Of a DNA stretch of 64,000 bases, positions 1 to 14,056 are shown one piece after another. The position numbers and the translations under genes are program-made. Under the pieces are notes generated by a model. The model was not told where the DNA came from. It ran no database searches and saw only the letters and a program-made list of their open reading frames with translations. The stretch comes from Zootoca vivipara. Taxonomy: Eukaryota. The stretch lies in the NCBI RefSeq assembly GCF_963506605.1, contig NC_083286.1, positions 33,976,001 through 34,040,000 of the forward strand, read 5' to 3'. Positions within the stretch are counted from its first letter, which is position 1. Every line of letters begins with the position of its first letter.

Positions 1-1807
1 AATTAGGGCAATACCTTCTGTTGGGCTAACCAAAATAATCATAAAATGGTGGCCAGGGTTCTGAAGAACTCTTCATCAGATTAGCAGGAAGGGGGTGAAA
101 AATTTGGCTGGTGGAATGAGTCCACATCTGGTAAGTCTTCAGATAGAATGTGGGATGAGGTAGCAGAGATCCAAATGAAACTCTTAGGTGCTGTGCAGTT
201 ATCAGGTTTCACAAAATGCCTACTGGGAAGAGGCGAAACAGTGGCTGATTCCCCATTTCTGGAAACACACAAACACACGGCTACCTAGAAGATAGTCATT
301 GGAGTGTGGAGTATGGTGACATTGTTTTGACATGTGGAAAGGAGGATGGATTAAAGCTTTCTCCTTGCACTTCAAGGAAGCAATTACTTTAAAATGGATT
401 ACATTCTGTCAATATATGGTTGGCTAACTTCTGAAACATTTAAATGGCTTTTTGCTGGACACAGCTGAATTCTCCACAGTTCAGTCTCCTCCACACCTCC
501 AATCCATGTTGATAAATAACCATTTCCATGCTTTTGAAATGTAACATTTTAAGGAAAATGTGTAGAGTATGATTATCAAGGTGGGATTTTTACTTACAGA
601 ATGCAAATACAAGTCATATTTTCTTCTGTGAAGTAGGAGAGGAGCACGTTTCCTTTGGCACAACCACATTTTGCAAGTGGAAGTGTTTTCTTAGCTGATT
701 CTATAAGCTACAATATTTAAAGGGGGATTATATGAATCAGTGTTTGGCAAATGGTTTAAGAGAAGCTATTTATACTAGTAGGTCTATCCTCTTGACCACT
801 ACTTGTGATGTAGCCATTTAGTACATTGAATAGCTTGGAGCTGGATCACAAGGATTTTAATCAGAAGTAAGTTCCCTGCTTCCTTGTAAATGTGCACAGG
901 GTTTCAACATTAGGTTTGAGCCACAACATTGGAGGTTGTTGTTTTGAAGTCTTTACCGCTAGAAAAGTTTAGTGTAATCTGTTTTGCTTGCACTGGTTAT
1001 TTACTGATAGTTCTCTTATTTCCCTCTGCCACACGTTAGAATGTGAATATTTTTATAGCTTTATGGTGTAGCTAAATGTCTTCAGTCTGAAATGATTGCC
1101 TTGTTTCTGTGCTTTGAAGGTATTTCAGAGATCTTTCAGAGCTGACTGGTAATTGTTCCAAAGAGGAATGACTTATCAACTCTGCCTAAGGGGGGTAGTA
1201 GTTCCATAATCTGAACCTAATAAATGGCTTGTTACAAGGCAAATCCAGCAATCAGTTTGAGTGTGGTCAGTGTTAAGATTGGTGTTAGTTTTGTAGAGCA
1301 AAATTATTGATCTTTCTGCACTATTATAACTTGGTACTCACATGTTTACTTTAGGTGAACAAGTGTGGTCCCCAAGTGTTCCCAATGCTGCCATAAATGG
1401 CTGCCTGCAGCTAGAGTAGTATAAGCATTACTGCCCTGTAAATACGCAATTGAAAAGTTGCATATATAGCTATACCACTGCCTGCTAGATTCCCTCACCC
1501 CCTGTAGTAATGGCCAGAAGTGGCCATCTATCTGCCTAGTGTTAAACAGTGTTGCTTGGAATGTTGATTTCATCACTTAATATTTCTGTAGCTTTAGAAA
1601 AACAATGGATTTGAGAGCAAAGGAATTTCTTTACGGTACTTATCAAATTAATTCTGTTCACAGACCGAACGATTCAGCCATCTTTCTGTTTAATATTCTA
1701 AAGAGGAAGACTGCTCCTGTTTCTGATATAATTTGTTAACCCTTGTACGCTTACAACAGAATACTAAATGGGTTGGTTAACTTTATTCTTTTTCCAACAA
1801 ATCCAAG

Positions 1808-1914
1808 GTATCCTGATTACAACCATTGCCTCAAAAGGAGAATTGCAGAATTGGCCTGACCTCTTACCAAAGCTTTGTAGCCTGCTGGATTCTGAAGACT
1901 ACAATACCTGTGAG
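1808..1914 (+). CDS. TNPO1: Transportin-1 coding exon (~exon 5), [36 protein letters not shown]
   Basis: AG acceptor at 1806-1807 and GT donor at 1915; 107 nt; translation matches transportin-1 N-terminal HEAT repeats. Confidence 0.97.
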
Positions 1915-3379
1915 GTATGACTTATTTTCCATCTACTACTACATTTGCATTTGGTAGAAGATAACCAAATTTTAAATTGCATTCAAATTGCATTGTAATC
2001 TAACCATAATTACTGCTGAACAGTGTAGGAATCTATTTTTACCTTTAATCTTCCAAAAAGCGATTTAAATGATTATGCTCATTCAAGCACATTAGTGTTG
2101 ATCTGTTACCCATAAGAAAATAGCATAATTCTCAGTGAAAGTAGAGTGAAATGTTGGGATAATTATTGTATAACAGACACTCAACAAGGTCCAATTTTTT
2201 TGCTGCCTGATACTCAAGTGTGCAAATGTTCTTTCACATGTCAATGTAATCCTACAAAAAAAAAAGAATTCCTGTTTAGTATTGGAGACATCCAAGAGAA
2301 CAGGCTAAGCAAGACTTGTTCATACAGATTTTTGCATTTATCAAAAAATCTTGTTGTCCTATGAGATCTGGGAAGACTTTAGGCAGGATGCTTGGGTGCC
2401 AAAACTCAGGGCTACATTTCTTGATATTTAAAATAAGAATTCTGTTAAGTTGGTGGTATCTTAATATTTTAACATAGTAAATGTTTTTAAAGAAAAACCT
2501 TGTACTCTTTATTTTGCATTGGCTTATTTTAAATAAGTATTTTTATTGGAGTACTGAAACTGCTAGTTGTAGCATTTAAATGATCAAGATGAATAGACAG
2601 TAATAAGAAAGCAACAAATGTTATGTGGTGCTGCAAAATAAAATAATGAATAGAGCTAAAACATGAATTAATTGGTCTTTGATTTAAAAAGTGGTGTTTT
2701 TACTTAGATCTCTTCCATTGTAACAGATCATAATACGGATTCATTTCTCTAGTGGTAGTAGGACATTCTGTAAACTGGGATCACTTCTCCTTTGGCAGCA
2801 AAGAATTTTCTTTCACTGATGTCATCCTCCAGAAGGAGGAGCTCCTGTTTTTGCAAGCCAACTGTCTTAATGGCAGAAGATAGATTATTCAGAGATCTCA
2901 TTAAAAGAATTCCTAGTTAGTTGTTTCTCTTTTAAAATATGCTCACTTACAATTACTTTATTCAGGAGCTGAAGGAAGGACTTCCTTTGATTCTGCTTGT
3001 CTTACTGATTCCCTTCCCCTACTTTGTTTTCAGTAGTTCTACAGTTTTCTGCAAGGAAGGAGTATGGTCTTCCATCTGCCTGGGTGGGCCAGAAGCACTG
3101 AGAACTGAATATTGCAGTCACACACCCCCTCCCAAATGGGGTTACAATGCTTTCCCTCAGTTTCTACAGTGGGGAATAGACTGTTGATTTCCTCAGTTTG
3201 AAAGAGGTGGCATAGAGTTCTGTAGGTGTGATTTTACCATGCTGTAGTCACTTTAGAAGCACCATGAGAATTTTCAGTGGATAATCTGCTCCAACATGGC
3301 AACAATTTTAAAAAGCAAATTTGTCATCTCAGTCTACCTTCCACAACCTTTCTGCGTCTGGCTGAGCAGTTGGCACTTC

Positions 3380-4640
3380 CTGAGAATTTCATATAAAAAC
3401 TGGCTTTGGAAATACTGGGTTTGACATATTAAACTGATGTCTGCTCTGCAGGCTTTTTCAGGATCTCTGCACCCAGGAATAATTTGCACCCAAGAATCAC
3501 TCCGTATTTCAGTGACATCTTACTGAGATCCTTTGCCTTGAGAAGCACAACATGATAAACAGTGACAAGAATGTTTTGCAATTTCCTTGGAGGCTATACT
3601 GCTTGCACCCTGGACCCTACTTGGGACTGGTCTTTATCTCCCCAGACAGAAGATTGGGTACTTAATTTACTATTTACCAAGCAGGAGCACCTGGATTCTG
3701 TTTTTATGTTCACATCTTACCAGAAGGTAGTCAGCTTCCATATCAGACCTCTTCCAGAGGTTCTTCAGCGATTCCTATGTAACATTCTGTGTTTCATAGT
3801 GAAGAGGAGGCATTGACTCCTTACTTTTCCTTATGCTGTCAAGGGTAGTCTTGGTTGGTGGCTATTCTCGGACATCTTCCTTCAGGGCCCTTATCCTGAC
3901 TAATGCAGCTTATTCAGCTGGAGCCTACTGCCAGAAGATGCTGGAAATCATCAAACACATCATATCTCAGTTCTAGGACAGAGTCAAGGACCAAGATATT
4001 GTGATGATATGCACGCAGAATATTTCCATCCAAGATGGAAGGACCAGGCTAAACAGCCTTCATCAATAGGCAAAGCAGATATTCATAACAGCATTGTAAT
4101 TATAAGGGCATCCGTAACGATTTGCCTAAAAAGGAATTGGAACCCCAGACAATGCACATATGATCAATACTTGTCTGGATTTATGCAAGATTAGCCATGC
4201 CGGGTGAGATAAAAGTCCTATCTAGTTTCAAATAGTGACTAGCCAGACCATGGGAAGTCCACAAGCAGGACATGAGGGCACCAAGATGGGGACAGCTGAG
4301 TTAGCACTTGAGATAAAATGGATTGTATCTGCTCTTACTTGCTTGTCATAGCTGCTCCTAAGCCAATCCTGTTTAGCTCTGATGCTCAGGTCTGACCAGT
4401 GACAGAATCTTCTGGGCCAAGCTAAAGACACTTGCAGAACTATCCTCTGGACTTTGGCCTATATCTTCATAAGAATGGTTTGTGTATCTCCTTCTTGGTG
4501 GTTGTCTCACACCCATTGCTACTGTATACCTCAGTTTCAGATTGCCCTACTTTCCTTAGGAGGAGAGAAGGAATTTTGTTACTTACCAACAAATTGTTCC
4601 AAGTGAAGCTAGGGCAGTCTGACCTACCTTTGAAGACTCT
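3380..4640 (+). mobile_element. Highly decayed DIRS-like (tyrosine recombinase) retroelement remnant
   Basis: Peptide fragments PTWD and QKVVSFH in ORF 3562..3816 resemble DIRS YR motifs; TGCCCTA...CTTACC...TAGGGCA terminal-like arrangement at ~4543-4620; boundaries approximate. Confidence 0.45.
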
Positions 4641-5222
4641 GAGATTATGGGGCTGCTCTTTCCTGTCCTAGATTTTTAGTGTTTGAACTGTTGATGTTGG
4701 CTTAGTTATTTCAATCTAGTTTAAGCTCTAATGCCTTTAGCCACAGGTGAGAAGGAGGAATTGTAGTCCTGCAGTGCTCTATAGGTCTGCCTGAGCTAGC
4801 TCCTTCTGGATGACATCATTCTTTCAAGGTCACGATCTGCTATTTGGAGTGATCACAGTAATCTGATTGCTCTCCTTCAATTAGGAAAAAACAGGAACTT
4901 CCTCTACTTTTTGATGCCCAGATGCTTGGTGCTTTCCTCTCCATCCACTTTGAGGGCTAACGTGGGGAAACCTTCCCACTTCATCCCTGGAGTCAATCTA
5001 TCTTTTGCTTCCACAGCAGATGGTTACAGGATCCCAGGCAGGTCTAACTGATTGGTTCCAGCAGGATTTTTTTTTGCTTGTATTTTTAATCTAGAAATTG
5101 CTACCAGGTGTTATTTTTTAAATATGAGTATACTGAGATAAGGGAGTAAGTATTTCTAAAATAATAAGGGTGTCCATATAGAATTTTTCAAACGATCACC
5201 AAAATGTGTGTTTATTTGGCAG

Positions 5223-5356
5223 GGTGCATTTGGAGCTCTTCAGAAGATTTGCGAAGATTCTGCTGAAATCTTAGATAGCGATGCATTAGATCGCCCTCTC
5301 AATATCATGATCCCTAAGTTTTTACAGTTCTTCAAGCATAGCAGTCCAAAGATAAG
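5223..5356 (+). CDS. TNPO1: Transportin-1 exon (~6), [45 protein letters not shown]
   Basis: CAG|...|GTAAGA; 134 nt; phase compatible with neighbouring exons. Confidence 0.97.
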
Positions 5357-5379
5357 GTAAGAGATGACCTTGCATGTTT

Positions 5380-5381
<2 letters not shown>

Positions 5382-5415
<34 letters not shown>

Positions 5416-5434
5416 ACACACACACACACACACA
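5382..5434. repeat. (CA)n microsatellite
   Basis: Direct; one GA interruption. Confidence 0.98.
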
Positions 5435-5806
5435 TTTTTCAAATACTTCAGTTAGCAAGATTTTATGGGAAGGTATTTTAAACATGGCTAACTTGAATAA
5501 CACTTCAGGCCAAAAAAATTGTTTATCTAGTCTGACTGATACTCTTCCAGTTTCTGAGACCTTGAACAAATGCTTTGCATTTGCTGAAGTTCCTCAGCAT
5601 CGTTTCATGAAAGCATGGTTCACTTCACTGGAGCTTAGCACCATTGTAAACAGTTATTTTACCTGGCCTCTAGGAAGGGAAATTACTGTAAACCAGAAGA
5701 GTCGGTTCTTTTTGCCCAAGGCAGTTGCTATGACGCAAGTGATTAGGAAGTACAGGTGGGAAACCAGTCAATAAACTTTTGTCATTAAGGCAACATGGGT
5801 GTATTT

Positions 5807-6207
5807 TTGTTGTTGTTGTTTTTTGTCCGACTCTTCATGACCCCATGGACCAGAGCACGCCAGGCACTCCTGTCTTCCACTGCCTCCCGCAGTTTGGTCA
5901 AACTCATGTTCGTAGCTTCGAGAACACTGTCCAACCAACTCTGTCGTCCCCTTCTCCTAGTGCCCTCAATCTTTCCCAACATCAGGGTCTTTTCCAAGGA
6001 TTCTTCTCTTCTCATGAGGTGGCCAAAGTATTGGAGCCTCAGCTTCAGGATCTGTCCTTCCAGTGAGCACTCAGGGCTGATTTCCTTCAGAATGGATAGG
6101 TTTGATCTTCTTGCAGTCCACGGGACTCTCAAGAGTCTCCTCCAGCACCATAATTCAAAAGCATCAATCCTTCGGCGATCAGCCTTCTTTATGGTCCAGC
6201 TCTCACT
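5807..6207 (-). mobile_element. RTE-BovB LINE, 5'-truncated 3' fragment
   Basis: Minus-strand ORF ESWTIKKADRRRIDAFELWCWRRLLRVPWTARRSN...LMLGKIEG is the RTE/BovB C-terminus; (CAA)n tail. Confidence 0.92.
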
Positions 6208-6749
6208 GGAGCTCTCACTCATTTTGCCAAGAAAACTCCAAAGTCAACAGGTGTATTTTTACTGGATACTAACAGAAACACCTCTAGTTGTCTCCTGGGT
6301 GTAAACTCCCTCTCTCCCCCACTCCACATCTTAGTGTTCCCAAACTACTCAGTTAACCACAGTTGAATCTTAATGTGTGTATGACATTTGGAAAGAGCCT
6401 TGACTTTGGAGCAGCAGTCCAAAAATAAATGTCTTGACTTGCATGCAGACCTCTTTGGATCCCGGCTGCAGTGTTCATGTTTTGTAACTTGCAAATCCTT
6501 GGGCTCACTTAAAATTTGGGCATGCTTTAGAGATTACAGTTGGTTATAACTGGTGTAGAATGTTTTTGCTGTTCCTGAGTCTTTTCTTGTTGCTAATAGT
6601 TGCTATACAGACATGCTATTGCCATTGTACTATTTTTAAAAAGCTGGCTGTTTCTTTCACACATCAGTTTCAAATCTGTTTTGAGTCTTAGAAGTGTTGA
6701 ATGTACTTTTTTATTTGAGTTTTAAAAGAAAAAAATTACATTTTTGTAG

Positions 6750-6831
6750 GTCCCATGCAGTTGCATGTGTCAATCAGTTTATCATCAGTAGGACTCAGGC
6801 CCTTATGTTGCACATTGATGGATTTATTGAG
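6750..6831 (+). CDS. TNPO1: Transportin-1 exon (~7), [27 protein letters not shown]
   Basis: TAG|...|GTAGGT; 82 nt; inside track ORF 6694..6897. Confidence 0.97.
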
Positions 6832-7874
6832 GTAGGTGACACAAAGTTTCTTATCTTTTCTGAGTCTGATCCTTTAAAATTGTTGATAAAATTTTAATTA
6901 AACTATGGAAATTGAACACAAACATGCAGGTCTCCCACAAAGCAGGGTAAGAATGAAATGTGTGAAGTCATAAATTTTATTAGTGTGTTAAACCACTGCA
7001 GAGCCTAGAACTCTGAACAATAGCTGCTTTCAAGTTCTGTATTATATATATAGCAGGGGTGGGGAACCATTTTGGCCTGGCAGGCCACACTGTCAGGTAG
7101 CTCCGCACAACCTGGTATGCTTCCCACATTCCCTTCCCTTGGGAAAGGCCAGTGGGCTTACCTGGTGAGGAGGAGGGATGATGGCTACAATTTTGGGGTA
7201 GCCACAAACTGTAGATCCTTCCTTGTGAAGAGCTACAGTAGTAATTAAATGGAAACTTTAAAATGGTCCCTGCAGATATCAAAGCTGGTAGAATTCCCAC
7301 TATAACAATTGTTTCATAAGTGTTTCCCCCTGCCCAGCCAAAAGACTTTTAGAAGCAGAAATTTCATGGCTATGCAATGGATGAAATCCATGGGTGTCTG
7401 TCCATAAGTGGAATTGACTTCTGTGTGCACAACAGAACTTTCCGTCTGTCTCCTCTCCCTCCCCTAAATCAGTGCTGGAGGGTTGAGTGAGGCATGGGAG
7501 GTGTTATGCAAGCAGAATTGTGTTCTTGCAACATTGGATTTCACCTAATAGCTTTTGGCTTGAGAAAACACAACAGACCCCCAGTCCCTAATATGAGCTA
7601 ATCCAGTAAAAATGTCTATTTCAGTTGACAGATGCTTTTTCCCAATGAAGTTAAATTTTTTTATCTTTATAACACAGTAAAAAAAAACTGCTTGAGCTCT
7701 GAAGTAAATCTGATAGTAAGGCAAAATAATAATTCTAAAAAATTAATATTTAGGTCCACTTCTTTCCTTCCAAATAAGGGGATTACTAAAAATGAATTGA
7801 CATATTTTAAACCTCATAGATGCTGTAAACCATTTAGTTTGCTCCTATTCACAATACCTTTTCCCCTTCAACAG

Positions 7875-7997
7875 AATCTGTTCGCGTTGGCGGGCGATGA
7901 GGAGCCTGAAGTACGCAAAAATGTGTGTCGGGCTCTAGTGATGCTCCTGGAAGTTCGAATGGACCGCTTACTTCCTCACATGATTAGTATTGTTGAG
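7875..7997 (+). CDS. TNPO1: Transportin-1 exon (~8), [41 protein letters not shown]
   Basis: CAG|...|GTAACT; 123 nt. Confidence 0.97.
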
Positions 7998-8003
7998 GTA
8001 ACT

Positions 8004-8065
8004 TTTTTGTATTTGTATGAATACACGATAGAAGTTTTTGTATTTGTATGAATACATGATAGAAG
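8004..8065. repeat. 31-bp tandem duplication just downstream of the exon-8 donor
   Basis: tttttgtatttgtatgaatacaygatagaag twice. Confidence 0.9.
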
Positions 8066-8214
8066 TTTTTTGTGTGTAGAAGGAGAGGGAGGAGAAGTAA
8101 ATGGGTAAGATTCACATATGTTCAGACATACATGTGTGTGTCAAATGTAAAAGGAAAGCCATACTATTTAAATTCACTGAGTGATTTTTCTGCATATGTG
8201 GGGTTATTTTTTAA

Positions 8215-9150
8215 TTTAATTTGTATACCACCCTATACCCAGAGGTTTCAGGGCGGTTCACAGAAAAAAAAATCAAAATATAAAACCACAAAATACATAA
8301 AATAAAAACAACCCAATACCCCCCCCAAAAAACCCCCACATTTTAAAAGGGGATAGGATGTCAATCAAATCAACCAAAGGTCTTGTTTACAACGTGCAGG
8401 GGTCAGCAAACTTTTTCAGCAGGGGGCCGGTTCACTGTCCCTCAGACCTTGTGGGGGGCCGGACTATATTTTGAAAAAAATAATGTATGAATTCCTATGC
8501 CCCACAAATAACCCAGAGATGCATTTTAAATAAAAGGGCACATTCTACTCATGTAAAAACACCAGGCAGGCCCCACAAATAACCTAGAGATGCATTTTAA
8601 ATAAAAGGACACATTCTTCTCATGTAAAAATATGCTGATTCCCAGATCTGCCGTGGGCCAGATTTAGAAGGCGATTGGGCCGCATCCGGCCCCCGGGCCT
8701 TACTTTGGGGACCCTGTTTAAAAGTACAGTAATGTTTTTGCCTGGTGCCTAAAGGTGTATAACGAAGGCGCCAGGTGAACTTCCATGGGGAGAGCATTCC
8801 ACAGACTGGGAGCCATTGCAGAGAGGCTTGTTCTCATGTTGCCACCCTCCGGACCTCTTGAGGAGGAGGCACACGGTGGAGGGCCTCAGAAGATGATCTC
8901 AGGGTCTGGGTAGGTTCATATGGAAAGAGGCAGTCCTTGATGTATTGCAGTCCTGAGCCATTTAAGGCTTTATAGGTCAAAACCAGCACTTTGAATTGGA
9001 CCTGGAAACTATTTGGTAGCCAGTGCAGTCGGACCAAGGATTGGTGTAATATGCTCAAACTGTCTTGGTCTGGTGAGCAACCTGGCCGCTGAATTCTGCA
9101 CTAGCTGAAGTTTCTGAACCATCTTCAGAGGCAGCCCTATGTATTGCAGT
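8215..9150 (-). mobile_element. L2-type LINE 3' fragment, interrupted by a hAT MITE
   Basis: Minus-strand peptides LQLVQNSAARLLT and LHWLP...FKVLVLTYKALNG, typical of the L2-clade C-terminus. Confidence 0.85.
8397..8716. mobile_element. hAT-like non-autonomous DNA transposon nested in the L2 fragment
   Basis: CAGGGGTC...GACCCTG termini; internal ~60-bp duplication. Confidence 0.75.
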
Positions 9151-9666
9151 AATCTTGCCTTGAGTCGTTTTTGCACTAGATTAAATATGTATTGGCTGTC
9201 CATTGCAAAATCAAATATACAGTTGAGGGTTGTTCTAAATGTTCTGTTTTATGTTTGTGAGCTGTTTCTCCATTTGTCAAATTCTGTGTGAAGTGTGGAT
9301 ACATAAACACATTTTGTGAATTTCCTGATTCAGAATGGCTCAAATCTAGGGGAAGTGGAATAATCTAGGGGAGCACTCTCTCTGTCATGCACATGCACAC
9401 ACTCATACTACCAACATGGTTAGCTGTTTGTGAAATCTGAGCTTGAGCACAAAAATATTATCATAAAGGGTCAGTCAGTGCAGTGGGGGAAAAAAGAATT
9501 AACTGTGGTGTTCACGCTTAGCTGGCACTTTCAGTAAAAAAAACAAACACACTCTTGTAAGCAACCCCATTGGTGGTGGATTATTACATTAAACTCTTTT
9601 GAATTAGATCACATTTACAAAGAAACTGACACCTGTACAATTTCATTCCCTTGACATTGTGTGTAG

Positions 9667-9785
9667 TATATGCTACAAAGGACTCAGGACCAAGATGAAA
9701 ATGTGGCTTTGGAGGCTTGTGAGTTTTGGCTGACTTTGGCTGAACAGCCAATTTGTAAAGATGTTCTGTGTCGGCATCTTACCAA
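9667..9785 (+). CDS. TNPO1: Transportin-1 exon (~9), [40 protein letters not shown]
   Basis: TAG|...|GTAAGT; 119 nt. Confidence 0.97.
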
Positions 9786-10211
9786 GTAAGTTGATCCTAC
9801 GTCCATAATTTTACTAATAGTTTCAGAATTTATTTGCATCATGCTTTCAGTGTCTTTTTTTTAAAAATTGATTTTGGGACCAGACAAGAGGCAAGAATCC
9901 ACGTATAAAACTTATACATTCTTTTGCATTGATGGTAGCGTAGTTGAGAGTGATCATTGGTGGTGTTTCAGTGTGTGCAAGGAAGATAACTGGCACACCT
10001 TTTTAATACTGGGAATGTATGCAAGGCTGCTGAAATCTTATGCCTTCAAGTGGGGTTAAGGGGGGTGTCCTTGTAAGTGCAAGTGCTAGAGGCTCAGAAA
10101 CCACAGCTGCCTCAATGAATGCTTCCTGGATACCTCCATATTTTATTGGATGCAAAGGAAATTATATAGCTGCAAACCAGCTGATATTCAAGAAATGTCC
10201 TTTCTCTTTAG

Positions 10212-10272
10212 GTTGATACCTGTGTTGGTAAATGGCATGAAATACTCAGAGATAGATATAATTCTCCTGAAG
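10212..10272 (+). CDS. TNPO1: Transportin-1 exon (~10), LIPVLVNGMKYSEIDIILLK
   Basis: TAG|...|GTAAGC; 61 nt. Confidence 0.96.
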
Positions 10273-10801
10273 GTAAGCATGATTTCCCCCCTCATTTGTT
10301 GAAGATATGCCACTGCCCCTTATATTAGATACTCTTACAATGTTTGCCTTTAACATGCACAATATATGCAGCAGCACACACAACATTCAAACAACTCTTG
10401 ATTATTTGTGGACTCCGACCGCTTTGTTGCAACATTGCTGTTTTTTGCAGCCTTCCCACTTGTTGTTTCACGGGCTATGAAGGGAAGACGCAATGCACTG
10501 AATTAAACAATGGGATTGGGTGCAGGGTGGCTATGAAGCTAAAATTTAAGGCAAGCTGGATTTTCCAGAGTAAGATCAGTTTTTGGAGATACGGCAGTTT
10601 GGGCTTATATGTTGTAAACTCAGAAGTCCTTCACTTTGCAAATAGATTTAAATCACACTTTTACTCTACTTCAGTGCCCAGAGGTTTAGGGCAAGTAACA
10701 TAATGTTGAAGTCTCAACTCTGCACAGATAGTACAAAAACAAATACACCGACATTACTTCAGCATGTATAGGCTCTTTGTCATTTTGGTTTCTGATTACA
10801 G

Positions 10802-10970
10802 GGAGATGTTGAAGAAGATGAAGCTATCCCAGATAGTGAGCAAGACATAAGGCCCCGCTTTCACCGTTCACGGACGGTAGCACAGCAGCATGAAGAAGAT
10901 GGCATTGAAGAGGAGGAGGAGGAAGAGGATGAGCTGGATGACGATGATACTATTTCTGACTGGAATTTAA
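10802..10970 (+). CDS. TNPO1: Transportin-1 exon (~11), acidic H8 loop, [56 protein letters not shown]
   Basis: CAG|...|GTAAGG; 169 nt; characteristic acidic loop. Confidence 0.97.
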
Positions 10971-11679
10971 GTAAGGCCATATAAAATACTGTGCAGTCAA
11001 AATATTTATGTGGTGAATTTGTAGAATTGTAGGTTTGAAATGGACTCTGCGAGTCATCGAGTCCAACCCCCTGCAGTGCCCAATGTGGGACTCAAACCCA
11101 CGACCCTGTGATTAAGAGTCTACCAACTGTCCTTATATTATTGTTCACCTATTCAGCAATTGTTCTGAAGTTGTACTGCCAACTTTGTAAAAATTCTAGT
11201 TTTTTTAAAAGTCCTCTGGATTATGTTCTGTACTTGTAATTTATCAGTCACTGAGCACAAGTAGAATATTTCTTCTGGATTTTTGCAATTGTTGCAGATT
11301 TTCGATAAAAGGTGTGAAAAACATTTATGAAGTACAAACCCTATTGAAATTAATGGGGGCTTGAGAGCCTTTTAAGGAAATCATGCTCACAGTTGAGCAA
11401 ATAAAACTTTTCAAGCTTTTCAGAAAGTTCTGTTACTTAATACATGTCTTGAGTGTTACTCAGATGTTATTCAATAAAAGCATTCAAAACATGTTGCACA
11501 TCTTGTGAATTGCCTTCATGAATGCTGTAATGAAAACTAATTGAGCAGTTAAACCTTCTGATAATATGCATGGAGTGATTTTGTTTTGATTATTTTATAA
11601 AGTTTTTGTGGCCTACAATTAATACGAATGCAGCATTGAGTTGAAATTTTATGACTAAAATGTGTCTCAGATGTATTGA

Positions 11680-11859
<180 letters not shown>

Positions 11860-12197
11860 TAGTCAGTACTTTCAAAGACAGGCTTAGCATCCTATATTCC
11901 GCGCCAGCCCCTGGCCATGCTTTTTCTCCCCCTCCTCCTCACCCTGTCTGCTTCTTGTGACCTCTGGCTCTTCCTGCCCCAAACTCCACCTGCTGTTAGT
12001 TGCCTCTGCCCTGTTGTTTTCTTTCCTTCTTGTTCTCTCTACCATCCCCAGTGGGCAACAGCCACCACTTGTGTTTGCTAAAATATGTTGCCTCCTGGAA
12101 GTTTGTTAATATTATGGATTGTTTTTTCATGCTGGCTTCACTCCTTTGTGTGTGTGTGTGTGGAGGGCAAATTCTGCTAGGCATTTCTAATTTGTAA

Positions 12198-12437
<240 letters not shown>

Positions 12438-13272
12438 TAGGTCAGAGTCATAAAAGTATTGCCAGTGGTCCTCAAAGAACAGGGTGAAGATGTGAAACCC
12501 TTTTTCATTGTGCTGTAATATTCTGTTTGATCTTGAACAAACATTACCATAGTCTAGACAAACATCTTACTTTTGAAGTTGTCTTAGGAGTTTCTCTTCT
12601 GTTCTAAATGCCCTTGTTCATTGTAGCTGCTTTTATTTGTTTTTTGTGGGAATGATAACATTTGTCACTGATCCTCACTTTGCACAGAACATGAATGCTG
12701 TGTATTGTCAAGTCAGCAAGTTCTGTTCTAGGTATTATTTTAAGAATTTAATCCAGAGACACATTCAAGTAACCCATCACACCCACTAGAACTTTCGGAT
12801 TTCCATACCTTTGGAGCTGCAGCCTAGCTTTTACTTGGAAACTTGGGGACTTTTGAAAACTCTTCGGGTTTATGGCTTTGTTTTATTATTAAAATAATTT
12901 ACTACCCTCTCTTCATTGTTCACCCAATCCCAAAGCAACAAACAACTTTGAAATACAATAAATACAATAGAACAGTATTTCACTTAAATACAGTTTAATG
13001 TGAAACCAGACAAAATATAACTTTATATATTGCAAGCACTTTAATCAGCACTTTAATCACTTTAATCAGATACTTGGGTGAAGAGCAAAATCTTTCCTTC
13101 AGTTTAAAGTAGGGTTTCTATATCCACAGGGGTGATATGACCTGTGAAAATAAATGCAAAGCCAACTTTCAGTGCATCTCACCAGAATGGGTTCTCCCCC
13201 CCCCCCATGTGACCTTTTAAAAAAAGCTGTGAAAGTTTGTCTCAAAGAGAAGGGTGCATTACTGCAAACTAA

Positions 13273-13497
<225 letters not shown>

Positions 13498-13724
13498 TGA
13501 TAATTTTGTTCACTTCTCCATTAGTCCTACATTCTAGAGGCTTATTTCCTTAATTTGGTGTGTTACAAGAGGGTATATTTCATCACACTCCATTGTTTAA
13601 CTACCAAGCAATTTGCCTCATCATCCTTTAACAAAATTTCAACATATATTTCACTGTCCTGAATATTGCTTCCTTTCTGTTCGTTATGAAATATTATGAA
13701 ATCTATGGTGCTATCTTCATCAGA

Positions 13725-14056
13725 TTGGAGAACTGTGCTAAAGCTAATAAAATTTCAGTAGGAACAAATGTAAGGTTCTAAACCAGCTTCACTAATATAA
13801 GATGGAGGACACCTGGATTGCCATGTGAAAAGGATCTGGGGGTCGTAGTAGACTACAAGCTAACACGAGTCAACAGTGTAATGCAGCAGCGCAGCAAAAA
13901 AGGCTAATGCTATTATAGGCTGCACCAAGTTTAGTGTCCAGATCAAGGGAGGCAATAGTAACATTCTATTTTGCCTTGCTCAGACAATACCCGGAGTACT
14001 GTGTCCAGTTCTGGACACAACAAATTATGGAGGATATTGACAAGCTGGAACTTGTG
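13725..14056 (+). mobile_element. CR1 LINE fragment
   Basis: Peptide EYCVQFW...EDIDKLE typical of CR1 ORF2 downstream of RT. Confidence 0.8.
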
